A stretch of 64,000 nucleotides of DNA from a virus: IMG/VR virus record IMGVR_UViG_3300032282_006300, positions 1 to 64,000 of that record, one strand, 5' to 3'. Numbering within the stretch: position 1 is the stretch's first letter; each line of letters starts with the position of its first letter. Shown here piece by piece: positions 9,373 to 20,103 of the stretch. Both the position numbers and the translations under genes were made by a program. The notes beneath the pieces were generated by a model. It saw nothing but the letters and a program-made list of their open reading frames with translations. It was not told the DNA's origin and searched no databases.

Positions 9373-10359
9373 TTAGGACTTGGTGATCGTTGCAATACCG
9401 CGAGGGTTAAGAATAGCCATCGAAACCATCTCGTCAAATACCCAACCCTTCCAGAATGCCTCAACCTGGTGGTTCTCTTCAACGTCAAGTGAGTACAGGA
9501 CGGGGAAGACACCCAAGAAGTTAGGTTCAGGGGTGAGGAACACCTTGTTCTGAGGAACAATGATCGAACGCTGAATCTGGAACTCACCGAATGAGGTGAT
9601 CGTCTCTCCAGCAACCACGCGATCCTTGAACGCCCAACCGGTCTGGTTAATGTCCCAGCGGTAGAGGTCACGGAAGTCGTAAGGGTTGATGAGGATACGA
9701 GCCGACTGCAGTTCGTGCAGGTCGGTCTGGCTAACTGCCGAGTAAAGTGAACCCGGGGTCAGGTAACCCGATCCTTCAGTGATGTTGTGGTTCGGTGAAA
9801 CCGTGTGGTCTGGACGTGATGCATAGTCCGTCACAGCAGCCTGCAAGATCACGAGAAGACGTGAGTCTTCCTGCTTCAAGATGGCCTGCTTGGTCTCGTC
9901 CTGAGCCTGCTCAACGGCGTTGATACGCAGGTAGAACAGGTCTTCCTTACGAATCGCGGGACGCGAAGCAATACGGAAGAAGCGAACCGGAACGCGCTTG
10001 CCTTCGAACGGAGTCACTCGGACTTCGCCTTCAGTACCGGACATGATGTATGCCTGGCCCAAGTCATCCCAAACGTCATACTCAACCGGAGTACCAGGAG
10101 TTACCGGGTCCTCAACAAGCACGTTACGGGTAATACCTTGGTAACGCAGTTTCAATTGAATCGGGCCGACCATACCGACACCGAGACGCTTAATACCACT
10201 GACTTCATCCTGAAGGATGAGAGCCATCTTGCGAACCTTGGCCTCGTGGGTCAAAGTCGCACCCGCCTCACGGCGGTTCAAAATTTGAGCAACGTAATCG
10301 TCACTCTTCTTGGCAACCCGGCCCTTGAGGCCATTGCCCGTGTGTGTCAATTGCGACAT
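9373..10359 (-). CDS. Major capsid protein (HK97-like, cluster C/Bxz1-like)
   Basis: 328 aa from MSQLTHTG. PIQLKLRYQGITRNVLVED...ILNPRGI resembles cluster C capsids. Strongly biased codon usage, terminator follows. Confidence 0.88.
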   Translation of the reverse strand: MSQLTHTGNGLKGRVAKKSDDYVAQILNRREAGATLTHEAKVRKMALILQDEVSGIKRLGVGMVGPIQLKLRYQGITRNVLVEDPVTPGTPVEYDVWDDLGQAYIMSGTEGEVRVTPFEGKRVPVRFFRIASRPAIRKEDLFYLRINAVEQAQDETKQAILKQEDSRLLVILQAAVTDYASRPDHTVSPNHNITEGSGYLTPGSLYSAVSQTDLHELQSARILINPYDFRDLYRWDINQTGWAFKDRVVAGETITSFGEFQIQRSIIVPQNKVFLTPEPNFLGVFPVLYSLDVEENHQVEAFWKGWVFDEMVSMAILNPRGIATITKS

Positions 10360-10384
10360 GTTTTTTATTCCTTCCGGGCAATAT

Positions 10385-10912
10385 TTAGCGAAGTCCACCG
10401 ATGGTGATCTTCGTAGCGGAGTTGACCTTAACAAGGCGAGCAACGGGGTCGTTGCTCAAGGTTCCACGGCCGGATTGACCGGCGGGAGCCAACTTGCCCT
10501 GGTTAGCACCATCAACGATGGCGTGGACCAGAACTTCGGTTCCGTCATTGGAGTCATTCCAAGTCGAACCAGTGTCGAATGCGGGAGCAAGAATTTCGAA
10601 TTCAGCATCCGGAGCCGTGACCCACACCGAAAAGGCGTTGATCCCTGAATCAAGAACTTCATCAATTCCGTCGCCACCGACGTAAAGTGCACCAAAACCG
10701 TAAGGAACTTCGTCCTCGGGGGTTCCGTTAGTTGCACCAATCAGGCTGACGTTCTCACCAGTGGTGCGAGCGAAAACCATACCGGGGTAAATGTCAATCG
10801 AACGATCCCAGTCGGAATCGAGAAAGACTGACTTTGGTGTTGCTTGCGTAGCGGAGTACAATGGGCGAATTGTTCGCTTGATGTACGACGTAGCGATCCG
10901 CGTCCTCAGCAT
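10385..10912 (-). CDS. Capsid decoration/cement protein
   Basis: 175 aa immediately upstream of the major capsid gene, IYPGMV motif. Confidence 0.65.
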   Translation of the reverse strand: MLRTRIATSYIKRTIRPLYSATQATPKSVFLDSDWDRSIDIYPGMVFARTTGENVSLIGATNGTPEDEVPYGFGALYVGGDGIDEVLDSGINAFSVWVTAPDAEFEILAPAFDTGSTWNDSNDGTEVLVHAIVDGANQGKLAPAGQSGRGTLSNDPVARLVKVNSATKITIGGLR

Positions 10913-11070
10913 ATCTTCCCACCTTTCTGCGGGTAGTTAAACCGGCGTATCGGAACGCCGTACTTTCTAATGTTTGATTGGAGATAAACACTGTTTGACA
11001 GGCGCAACAAATGAAGGAACCGGCCTTTCCTTATTCAGAAAAAACCGGTTCCTTTTGGTTTTTGAAAAAC

Positions 11071-11949
11071 TTAGTTCAAAAACAAGTCTGCATCTGCAGT
11101 TTCTTCAGCGGAAACGGCACTCGTGGCAATGATGCCTGAAGCGTTGTCGCCAGCAAAAGAAGGAGTGGTGCGCTCAGCCGAAGCCTTGCGAGGAACCAAT
11201 CCGGATGGACGCGCTTGCTTAGCCGCGGCCTTGTTAACACCAGAGAGAATATTAATCTCATGGGCAATCATTGAATCACTCAAAGAGTTGTCTGACTCAA
11301 TTGCGGCTGAAACAGTAAGGTCATCTCCCTTAGCAAGACCAGCGGCGATGCGCAGTCGGGCCAAGTTCAAAGAAGCAACAACGCGGTTACGCGAAGCGGC
11401 TGCAGCCTGTCCACCAACACCTTGCTCAGTAGCGGCAAATTCAGGGCCACCGATGAGAGGGAATGCAATCTGAGGATTGTCTGGGTCACCAACGCGAACA
11501 TCCACCTCAAGGCGGGTGAGTTCGTTGGGAACGTGGGTTTCAGTTCCAGCAACAGGCGAAGTAACATCGGTTGGGGTTCCCCAAGGCGAAGTCGGAATCG
11601 TCTGACCGGGGCGAAGTGCAGTGTCAACCTGATCTGCTGCAAGGTTGTTCACCGAACCAGGAGTTTCACCAAGTGCTTGCGCGTCATCGCGAGCCTCTGG
11701 TGTAGCAACTTCTTGGGTGGTTTGCGTCGGACCAGATGATGGGGAGTCCGGCACGGGCTGTGCTGGGTTTGCCAAGTCAGCCTGCTTGCTAATTTCATCA
11801 ATGTACTCACCGACACCAGCAATGCGGGCAATGAAATCAACCTGTGCGCTTACCGTTTCAATACGGCGAGACTGGTCGTCAATGATCTGCTGTTGCTTGG
11901 CGATGGTGGTGAGCAATGCACGGCGGTTGCCGCCATTTTGGGTACTCAT
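11071..11949 (-). CDS. Putative scaffolding/head assembly protein
   Basis: Coiled-coil N-terminus, C-terminal D..LF, located between protease and capsid genes. Confidence 0.5.
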   Translation of the reverse strand: MSTQNGGNRRALLTTIAKQQQIIDDQSRRIETVSAQVDFIARIAGVGEYIDEISKQADLANPAQPVPDSPSSGPTQTTQEVATPEARDDAQALGETPGSVNNLAADQVDTALRPGQTIPTSPWGTPTDVTSPVAGTETHVPNELTRLEVDVRVGDPDNPQIAFPLIGGPEFAATEQGVGGQAAAASRNRVVASLNLARLRIAAGLAKGDDLTVSAAIESDNSLSDSMIAHEINILSGVNKAAAKQARPSGLVPRKASAERTTPSFAGDNASGIIATSAVSAEETADADLFLN

Positions 11950-11998
11950 CTACTCATACTCCTTCGATGGACTTGCCCTACGGCGGATACCGCACGGC

Positions 11999-12034
11999 TC
12001 ACCCTTTTATTGGAAAAAGGGCCGTTGCGACAGG
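11999..12034 (-). promoter_or_regulatory. Putative late promoter (CCTGTC-N21-AAAGGGTGA)
   Basis: Copy of the recurrent motif. Confidence 0.6.
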
Positions 12035-12043
12035 AGTTGAACT

Positions 12044-12775
12044 TTATACCCAGTAAGTTTTATTACGGCGAGAAGATTGCATAGACATAATGGCGTTTTC
12101 TTGCATCAATGCGCCTTTACCACAATTGGGGCAAGGGGCACCAGCAACAAGACCTACTCCATCATTTTCAGGATCCGTTGCGTTATCTCCGGAAGTCAAT
12201 GGACCGGCAGAAGGAACGTTCAATCCACAAATTGGACAAATTAAAGAAGCACCTTGTTGATCTTGTGCGCCACGCTCAGCATCTTCCACAAAATTTCCGG
12301 GGTTTTGTTCAGCAATATTTTCAGGATCAATTGGGTTTTCTTCAACGTCTTCTTCTGCAACATTAGTGGGCACCGGCGAACCATCAGCGTCAAGAGCGCG
12401 AACGTCAACGGGAACGCGAGCATCTGTTTCATCAAGTTGGTTGGGATCCATAGGCGCTTGATCTTGTTCTTGTGCAAATTCAGCGGCTTGATCAGGATTC
12501 ATTACGGAATCATCTTGCGCGCTTTGTCCAGTATCAGTTCCACCAAAGTCGCCCTGTGATTCATCAACTTGCTTACGAAGGTCAAGGGTGCGAGCCAAAT
12601 CTACATCGGGATCGCGGAAAGGCTTGGGAGGTGCAACATAGCCACAGACTTGACACTCGTTACCGTCGTAAGAGTCTGATTCTGAGCAAATGGGGCAAGA
12701 TTCGTCGCGCAGAGTATCCACGTCTGCCGGAGCCTTGGTTTCACCATAGGCGAACTTGCGTTGTGGATTGGTCAC
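12044..12775 (-). CDS. Zinc-ribbon head-assembly-associated protein
   Basis: Two CxxC...CxxC pairs with an acidic linker, N-terminal RKFA motif. Confidence 0.55.
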   Translation of the reverse strand: MTNPQRKFAYGETKAPADVDTLRDESCPICSESDSYDGNECQVCGYVAPPKPFRDPDVDLARTLDLRKQVDESQGDFGGTDTGQSAQDDSVMNPDQAAEFAQEQDQAPMDPNQLDETDARVPVDVRALDADGSPVPTNVAEEDVEENPIDPENIAEQNPGNFVEDAERGAQDQQGASLICPICGLNVPSAGPLTSGDNATDPENDGVGLVAGAPCPNCGKGALMQENAIMSMQSSRRNKTYWV

Positions 12776-12836
12776 GAATCCTCCAAATAGATATCTACAT
12801 CTTACCCGGCCCTATGCCGTTTGAAACAGTATAGCC

Positions 12837-15800
12837 CTATTCAGCAGGCGGGAAGAAATTGGCAAAATGGTCAAATAATTTGCTTGTGTGCATATTTTTG
12901 CGCCATTTAAACTTTTTCAAATTTTCGTCATCAGGGTTTTTTTGTTCAAAATCTTCCATCAATTCCCTATTATCCTGTTTTGTTGTTTCGTCATCAGTTA
13001 TATTGTGAATTCGCCTAAATGCTAGCCACGTAATTCCCTGAACTTGTTCTGGATGCAATTTAAAATTTGGATCATTTTGACGTTTACGTTCACGCTTAGT
13101 AATGTCATCTGCCGCTTTGCAATACATATCAACAGCATCGCGATAAAATGACTTAGTCCCAAGGGCTTTAGTGATTGCATCAAAACTGATTTTTTTCCAA
13201 TTTTTACCAATCATAACACGTGCGGAATGCCTATCAATTGCAGCACGCCTTTCGTCAGGTTGAATATTGGGTCGTTGTCCGCCATGAGCAATTAGATCGG
13301 CAAAATGTCCGGTCTTAAGGTGTTCTGGCAACACCGTAGAATAATGTTCGCCATCCATAATTCTACCAACTTTTTTAACACTATCTCCCAATGCACCCAC
13401 AGGTTTTCCCGAAATTTTTGACCTTAAGGCTTTACTAACATTTTGACCCCAACCGGTCATGGGACTATAGGCAGAGATAATACCGGCACCTTTATGAGAA
13501 TCACCTTCGCCAATAAAATGTGCAAATTCGTTTGCGTCTGAATACCATTTAGAACCAAGTTCTTTTTCTTCATCTGTAGCCTGGTCGTACATGCTTATAA
13601 TATTTTTGTGGTGCATTCCAAATTCTTTAATTTTGGGATGTTGTCCTCGTGCATAGATGGCTTCAAAATGTGGCAAACTTGAAGTATCCGCAAATGTAGC
13701 GGTTTTAATGTTTTCTGAACGTGGAATGGCTTGGTGAGGCACCCCAGCACCATTATCGTTTTTGTGGACATAGTTGTAAACGCTTCCGTCATTTACGCTA
13801 TAAATATCTCCGTTACAAGTTACGCAAACATCTTCTTGTCGTTCTTTTGCGCCCGAACCATCTTCGTCAGGAACGGCTTGGTGGGTCACACCCGCGCCAA
13901 CTGGAATATCATGTTGCCAAGGATTTAAAGAACCATCTTCAACCTTGTAGATATCTTCACCGCAAATTTTACATTTTTTAATTTTGCGATTTTTGTTGCG
14001 AGATTTTTTTTCAACATCAGTTTCTTGTGTGCCGCGGCCACCCATAGGATTAGCAAATTTAAAATGGTTTACTAAAGATGAAAGCATTGGTCGTTTTAGA
14101 AACATATCCGTTTCAGGAATTTCACTAACGGTATCTGTAATCTTATTGCGAGTGGGTGATCCAGTAATGCCCGTAGTATCTTCAGGCGCCATGTCTAAAA
14201 ATCCCTTTTTGGTTTGGGAATAGCCATTTCTTTTTTGCCAAGGAATAATTCTGCGATCATGGTGTTCGGCGTATTGACCATATTCTTTAACCCATTTGTT
14301 TAAATTGTTTTGTAGAGATCGACGGTTCCAACCCGCAGGTTTTGTACCAGCATCAAAAAAACCACTCTCAATACCGCCGGTAGTGTGAACAAGAGCGTGC
14401 TCAACTCTGCCCGTAGCCCTATGTAAAATACGAATATTTTGTCCCCCGTAGTCACGAGCAATATAGCCAGATGGGTGTTGCACATCTACATATGGCGTAC
14501 CCGAATGCCAATCGTCGGGATCATCTTCATGGAATTTAATGTGTTCTGGTTTATAGTTAGTTAAAAGTTCTTCAACAGAACGCATGTTTCGGTCTGATTG
14601 ACGAGATTCTTTTGTTCCTCCGGGATCCAAAATATCGTCAACGCCATTCAAAAGTTTGTCAACAATGCTTTTTGCTTTTTCTTTACCCGATTGCTCTTTA
14701 TCAAAATAATCTCGTTGTTTTTCAGCGTGGGCTTGGTTGTCCCAATTGTGATGATGAAGTTGGCGATTTTGATTATCTACAACACGAAATTTTTTATCTT
14801 CAGGGTGTTGCACTACAGAATAGGGACCATGCCATTCGTCTCTAGGAGAAAAACCTTCTGGTTTTACAATTGGCGCAGGATTTTCTTCTGCTCGTTGTTG
14901 ATAAATTTTATTTTTGGGATCTTCTGTGCTATGGGCAAATGGTGGGGTCGGTTTATACCATTCTGCTTCTTTTGAAGAAATTGGGTTACTGTGCCCTTCG
15001 CTATCTGGCGCTTCATGGCCAACAATAGAGTCTGCACTGTCATGAGAAGTATGCCCAGAAGAATCTAGCATGTGGCCGTGTTCGCGGTTAATTCTAATCC
15101 AAATATTTCTTGCCATCCTCCAAGCACCACGGTCATCATCTGGATTTGAAAAAGAATCTACTAATTTGTTTTGATTATCTACTATTTGCATTTTACGAGT
15201 TTCAGGATGCCTTGTTAAATGCCAAGGACCTTGATTTTTTTGTTTTGGCTCCAATCCAAAAGAAGCGCGGACTGCATCGTAATCTGCATTGCCCGCAGGT
15301 TTTGCCCAAAAATCATGGTGTTCTGTGTTTTTTGTGGTTTTTAAATAACCTTCAGGTTGCCTTTCGTCATTGTCTTCCAATTGGGCAAAATGGCGCAACA
15401 ATTTAGACAACATGGTCGGGCCTGTTGGATTAGTGCTAAAAAAATCTTTTTCTTTCTGGGATACACCAGATGTTGCTTCGTCAACGCTGCGACCAAGATC
15501 GGCCATATCATCTTTGTGATGTGCATCAAATTCTGCTTTGGCACGATCTCCCATCCATTTTTGAAAATGGGGGCGATAATCATCTTGAGCATGGTGCAAT
15601 TTATCTTGCCAATTTAAATAATGTTCTAGGTGCTCTGATAATATCTCATCTGTTTCGGGCAAATGTGTATCTGCTGTGCCAGCAACAATTTGGGTATCAA
15701 GAGCGTTTGTTAAACGTTTATCATGTTTTTCAAATTCATTATTCGCCGATTGAACAGAATCAAGATATTTACCTCGGTGCTCGTCGTGCGCAAGATCAAT

Positions 15801-18683
15801 ATCTCGAGTTGCACGAGACATATTGTAAAAAGCCTGCATACTTTTGGCTTCTTCATCGTATTCGGGACTTTCATGTTCCCACCAATGAATTCCAGAACTG
15901 TAAGAAAAATTACTAAAAAATTGAAACAAACTAGAATAACGAGCACTTGATGGCGTTTTGCCAAATTGCGGTGCTCGGTCGCCTTTTAAAATACGAAAAA
16001 GAACACTTGCATCTTCGCCCGAAGAATACCGAAGCGGTTTATCAAAATCATGTTTTTTATGTTGTTTTGATATAAAATCTCTAAAACCTGTAGGATTTTG
16101 ATATTTTAACGGATCGGTAGAAACAATACTCTTGACACAATCGGGGCAAGCCTCGCCTACCCTAGAAAGGTGGTGCAATTTTTCTTTATATGCTTCAGCC
16201 ATATCGGAATGGTCAAAAGACCATCCACAGTCACATTCAGCACGATAACCACCCTTACGCATCTGAGTTACTTCATGCGTCTGGTGTTGTTTTTCAGGGG
16301 AATCATAAATTCCGCCTTGTTGGTAAGCATCAATTTTGCGATTAATTGCATCAGGGGTCAATGCTGGATCAACTAAAGGTTCACCAAATTTATTTTCTGG
16401 ATATTTTACTTTATCGTTAACCATCGTGCCGTTATTTGCAAAATGCTGAAACAGTCCATCTTTTTCTGAAAGACTTCCGCTTCGCTTTAAACGCCACAAT
16501 CTATTGTTCATATTAACAAGACTTATTTGTCCAGATTGGTAAAGATGAACAATATTGCTTTGAATTGCCTCTTTTTGACTACTGCTATCGGCAAACCAAC
16601 CGCAACTGCATTCTGCGCGATACCCACCATTGCGCATTTTGGTTACGGTATTTTCGTGAACTTTTGTATTTTGTTTATGTTCTGGAGTGTCATAAGAATC
16701 AATAAGATCGTTGACACCAGCAGGGGTTACCCTGCGGTCTAATGGGTATTGTTCTGCAATTTTTTGATTATTTGCAAAATATTGCAATACAGAATATTTA
16801 CTTGGACCGTTGGGCATAATATCAAGAGTGGAGAGATCTTCTTTAATATTTGAACGTTGACCTATTTCATCCACGTTTTTTTTAGCAGAATCATAATTTT
16901 GATTTTCGCGCTCTAATTTTTCTAACATTTGGCGGATATTTTCTTCTCCGCCAGTTATTTGGTCTATCGTCTCATCATCGGGTTCTTCAAGTTTATAACG
17001 CATTTTACGAATTTTTTCGTGAACATTTTCCCCTTGACCCAATAAAATTTCTCCGCTCATCTTAGGCCCCCTATAGCGAGCCAACCATTCATCGGTTGAT
17101 TTAACTGGAGGGTAAAGGCTCACGTGATAAGGATGCAAGTATGTTTTATAGTGCTCGGGCCGTTTTCCCGAAACAGACGCGGGGACGTGCGTAACTTTAA
17201 AATCATCTTCAGGATGTTGTGGTTCGAGCATCTCCCCCGCTTGGGCTATTTTAAAAGAAGAGTATTTGCTGGGACCATGCGGCATGATGTCAAGAGTGGA
17301 AATATCTTCTTGAATATCCGGGCGTTTGCTTAATTCATCTACGCCATTTTTTGCAGAAGCAAAATCTTCGTGTTCAGGGTCTTGGTGCGATGGATCAATG
17401 TGCTCGGCTTCAGTGTGAAAAGGCTCGTTGTTTTGAACACACCAAGGGGCCGTGCATGGTTTTTCATTTTCAAAAGGAAAAGCACCGCAAGAAGGACATT
17501 GATCATGTGCCGTCAATGGCATGTCAGTGTGGGGACAAGTTGCTTGATCACGCGCTCCGGTCTTGCGGGCGGTGTGAAAATGTACACCATGAAGGGTGGT
17601 AGCGTTGGGCCAATCTTCGGGATATTCACCGTGTTCGTGGTCGTGAACTTTTTGCATTTCCGCGTGAGTAAGGTCGCGATCCATATCCTCATCACTCTCA
17701 CCAAGGGCATCGGTGTTGATGGGATTTTTGCGAGCAAAGTCATGGTCTTCTGGGTAGCGATCATGTGCCTCAATCATGTGCTGCATTAGATCAATGTGGT
17801 CTTTAGTGTTTACGACACGCTTCTCGGCTTGTTCACTCAATTCCAAATCTTGATTCCGCTGTTGAATCATCTGTCGGTAGAATTCGCGATCTTCATCGCT
17901 CAAACGAATATGAGAATGGTTGGTTGGTTCTTCACCCGGTTTACTTGGGCCCATTTGGAAATCTTCGTGATCAAGATGCGCAGTTTTACTGGCAGCCTTA
18001 GTCACACCACTTGTATCAACGCCAAGAAAAAAAGCAGTCGGGTCAGCGGGTTCTTCAACTAGCAAAGAGTTTTCAAAGAAAGACAAACCGTAACAAATCT
18101 CGCGGATCAAAATTCCTTCTTTGACACCAGTCTTAGGATCGGCCTTGTAAAGACGCTGTCCCTTTTGGCGAGGAATGTGGGCGCAATATTCGGCAGGACT
18201 AGAGGCTTTGTTTCCGCAAGCCGAACAAATTGAGTACGCAACATCTGTGCCCATTGAGGTGCGGTCAATGTGACCTTTTTGGATAGCGTCAGCCAACTTG
18301 GGAAAGTTGATCGCGTCTACTTCCATCAAGACCTCAGCCCAAGTATCAGGCGAGCCATCTGGATTGAAGTCTTCGTGAAGAACAGCATCAATAATGACAC
18401 CACGCGCACGACGGTGGTTGTCATTGTGGTGGTTAACAAACACCGGCTTACCAATAAAAGTTTTGTAGCCTTGCTTGATTTCCTCGGCGGGGAACTCATC
18501 AAAGTTGTCGTTACAACGGCTTGAAATGGCCCGTGAACGGACATAGAGGAAACCCGGGCGTACTTCATAATCAAAGGTTGCTCGGTGAGCCTGCTTGACC
18601 ATAGCCAGTCCCTGAGCCGCCGTAACGTTGCTGGGGACTAGAACACTGCTGGTAACGCCAAACGAAGCGAACTTGGTGAACAC
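12837..18683 (-). CDS. Giant polyprotein: N-terminal prohead-protease-like domain, many small duplicated modules, C-terminal HhH-glycosylase-like (DUF7178-like) domain
   Basis: GKPVFVNH...TSMG...CSACG...FFENSLLVEEPADPTA at the N-terminus. WY...AGIISAYSP...IDRHS...QVQGITW at the C-terminus. Internal duplicated modules. Confidence 0.75.
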   Translation of the reverse strand: MFTKFASFGVTSSVLVPSNVTAAQGLAMVKQAHRATFDYEVRPGFLYVRSRAISSRCNDNFDEFPAEEIKQGYKTFIGKPVFVNHHNDNHRRARGVIIDAVLHEDFNPDGSPDTWAEVLMEVDAINFPKLADAIQKGHIDRTSMGTDVAYSICSACGNKASSPAEYCAHIPRQKGQRLYKADPKTGVKEGILIREICYGLSFFENSLLVEEPADPTAFFLGVDTSGVTKAASKTAHLDHEDFQMGPSKPGEEPTNHSHIRLSDEDREFYRQMIQQRNQDLELSEQAEKRVVNTKDHIDLMQHMIEAHDRYPEDHDFARKNPINTDALGESDEDMDRDLTHAEMQKVHDHEHGEYPEDWPNATTLHGVHFHTARKTGARDQATCPHTDMPLTAHDQCPSCGAFPFENEKPCTAPWCVQNNEPFHTEAEHIDPSHQDPEHEDFASAKNGVDELSKRPDIQEDISTLDIMPHGPSKYSSFKIAQAGEMLEPQHPEDDFKVTHVPASVSGKRPEHYKTYLHPYHVSLYPPVKSTDEWLARYRGPKMSGEILLGQGENVHEKIRKMRYKLEEPDDETIDQITGGEENIRQMLEKLERENQNYDSAKKNVDEIGQRSNIKEDLSTLDIMPNGPSKYSVLQYFANNQKIAEQYPLDRRVTPAGVNDLIDSYDTPEHKQNTKVHENTVTKMRNGGYRAECSCGWFADSSSQKEAIQSNIVHLYQSGQISLVNMNNRLWRLKRSGSLSEKDGLFQHFANNGTMVNDKVKYPENKFGEPLVDPALTPDAINRKIDAYQQGGIYDSPEKQHQTHEVTQMRKGGYRAECDCGWSFDHSDMAEAYKEKLHHLSRVGEACPDCVKSIVSTDPLKYQNPTGFRDFISKQHKKHDFDKPLRYSSGEDASVLFRILKGDRAPQFGKTPSSARYSSLFQFFSNFSYSSGIHWWEHESPEYDEEAKSMQAFYNMSRATRDIDLAHDEHRGKYLDSVQSANNEFEKHDKRLTNALDTQIVAGTADTHLPETDEILSEHLEHYLNWQDKLHHAQDDYRPHFQKWMGDRAKAEFDAHHKDDMADLGRSVDEATSGVSQKEKDFFSTNPTGPTMLSKLLRHFAQLEDNDERQPEGYLKTTKNTEHHDFWAKPAGNADYDAVRASFGLEPKQKNQGPWHLTRHPETRKMQIVDNQNKLVDSFSNPDDDRGAWRMARNIWIRINREHGHMLDSSGHTSHDSADSIVGHEAPDSEGHSNPISSKEAEWYKPTPPFAHSTEDPKNKIYQQRAEENPAPIVKPEGFSPRDEWHGPYSVVQHPEDKKFRVVDNQNRQLHHHNWDNQAHAEKQRDYFDKEQSGKEKAKSIVDKLLNGVDDILDPGGTKESRQSDRNMRSVEELLTNYKPEHIKFHEDDPDDWHSGTPYVDVQHPSGYIARDYGGQNIRILHRATGRVEHALVHTTGGIESGFFDAGTKPAGWNRRSLQNNLNKWVKEYGQYAEHHDRRIIPWQKRNGYSQTKKGFLDMAPEDTTGITGSPTRNKITDTVSEIPETDMFLKRPMLSSLVNHFKFANPMGGRGTQETDVEKKSRNKNRKIKKCKICGEDIYKVEDGSLNPWQHDIPVGAGVTHQAVPDEDGSGAKERQEDVCVTCNGDIYSVNDGSVYNYVHKNDNGAGVPHQAIPRSENIKTATFADTSSLPHFEAIYARGQHPKIKEFGMHHKNIISMYDQATDEEKELGSKWYSDANEFAHFIGEGDSHKGAGIISAYSPMTGWGQNVSKALRSKISGKPVGALGDSVKKVGRIMDGEHYSTVLPEHLKTGHFADLIAHGGQRPNIQPDERRAAIDRHSARVMIGKNWKKISFDAITKALGTKSFYRDAVDMYCKAADDITKRERKRQNDPNFKLHPEQVQGITWLAFRRIHNITDDETTKQDNRELMEDFEQKNPDDENLKKFKWRKNMHTSKLFDHFANFFPPAE

Positions 18684-18693
18684 AGGCGACCTC

Positions 18694-18730
18694 CTACCCT
18701 TTTAGGTGGTTCAAACGGTTCATGGACAGG
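18694..18730 (-). promoter_or_regulatory. Putative late promoter (CCTGTC-N22-AAAGGGTAG)
   Basis: Copy of the recurrent motif directly upstream of the protease polyprotein gene. Confidence 0.7.
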
Positions 18731-18738
18731 CGAGAAAC

Positions 18739-18942
18739 TTAACCTCTGCCAGCCTTAATTTTCCAAGCAACAATGTATCCATCTTTTTCTGTTCGTTGAA
18801 AAATGTCGCCAGATTTCCTCTTGCCTCTAACGTGCTTTTCAGCCTCAGCCTCGCTGACGGATACCAAAATACGCCGACCGTTGCGGTCTAAATCGTAATA
18901 CTGGCCCCCAACTGGGGTCAGCATCCACTTAACTTTAGACAA
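18739..18942 (-). CDS. Hypothetical protein
   Basis: Small ORF overlapping the upstream gene, start uncertain. Confidence 0.45.
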   Translation of the reverse strand: MSKVKWMLTPVGGQYYDLDRNGRRILVSVSEAEAEKHVRGKRKSGDIFQRTEKDGYIVAWKIKAGRG

Positions 18943-19147
18943 CCTTACGATCTTTCCAGTTTGAAAACGAAGGCTTGACGCTTTGTGAACGGATTTCTTC
19001 TAACAGGGCTAGGGTTGCATAAGCCTGAGCCTGTACAGCAGCCAACAATCGAAAATCTGATGTCGTGGTGACATGGATATGAGATTCGGATAGCAACTGT
19101 TCAGCCAGTTCCTTGGGACCCAATTCTTCTAGCATTTTGTTGTTCAT
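18935..19147 (-). CDS. Hypothetical protein
   Basis: MNNKMLEE start with AGAAGG RBS. Confidence 0.5.
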   Translation of the reverse strand: MNNKMLEELGPKELAEQLLSESHIHVTTTSDFRLLAAVQAQAYATLALLEEIRSQSVKPSFSNWKDRKVV

Positions 19148-19332
19148 GCGTTTTGACCTTCTTTCTTTTTTGTTGTAAATAAATCCATGTTTTCTGGTTC
19201 GCAAGTCAGACAAAATGGGAGTTCTTCACCATTAAGACTTTCAATCCAAATAACTGCTTGCTTGCGCAGGCAGGAAACGCAAATATCAAAACTCATCGTT
19301 TGACCTTTTCTCTAGCGGGTGGAAAAAGTGTA

Positions 19333-20103
19333 TCACATTCCCATGCGTTGTCTACAAGCATCAGCATTTTCTTGCAGGGTTAAATATCCATATATTTCTC
19401 TATTGTCCAAATATTGCTGAATTTGATTGCTACGAAGTATGCGGGAAAAAATTACATATTCGTAATCTTCTGTTCCATCAAAATAATCACATTTGTCTAA
19501 AATGCTCTTGTGCAGAAGATATGTGCAATGCATCACAGCGACTGCTATAAGGCCCGTAACTTTTTGTTCAACAATAGCAAAATATGCGGGATTGTCAATG
19601 TAATACCCATACTCGTTTACTTCGTTGTGAAAATTTGAATAAGCGCGAGGACCTTCATCTGGTCCATTTGCGTAATGCAACATCGGGGCAACAGCACTCA
19701 CTCCGGTTTCAATCAACGCAGAAAGAGTGTGGGGAAAAAGATAGTTGTCAACATCTGAAACAAAGTAGTAGTCAGCGTTCATCTGCCGAGCCATTTGAAT
19801 GGACTTACGGCGAATACTTGCCAACACCGAAAATCGCAAAGAAGTCCATTCATGTACGCCAAGTGATTCTAGGTCGTGGGGCACATCCGTGTAGTCCATC
19901 AGCACCGACATGTATTGCGAACCATATTGACGAACCCATTCGTTAAGGATGTCTTCAGTTTCGTCAGTGTTGTTGTTAGTCCTGATGTAAATGTGCATTC
20001 GGTCTTTGGGGTAATCCCAATTATTCAAGGTTTCCAAATAAAAGGGTAGAGTCGCGGCTTTTTCTTTTGCCAAAATTGCAACAAAAACCGTGGGCTTTTC
20101 CAT
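19333..20103 (-). CDS. Glycosyltransferase (GT-A fold, GT2/procollagen galactosyltransferase-like)
   Basis: VFVAILAK...DYPKDR..IYIRTNNNTDET...YYFVSDVD (DxD)...HCTYL. Confidence 0.8.
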   Translation of the reverse strand: MEKPTVFVAILAKEKAATLPFYLETLNNWDYPKDRMHIYIRTNNNTDETEDILNEWVRQYGSQYMSVLMDYTDVPHDLESLGVHEWTSLRFSVLASIRRKSIQMARQMNADYYFVSDVDNYLFPHTLSALIETGVSAVAPMLHYANGPDEGPRAYSNFHNEVNEYGYYIDNPAYFAIVEQKVTGLIAVAVMHCTYLLHKSILDKCDYFDGTEDYEYVIFSRILRSNQIQQYLDNREIYGYLTLQENADACRQRMGM

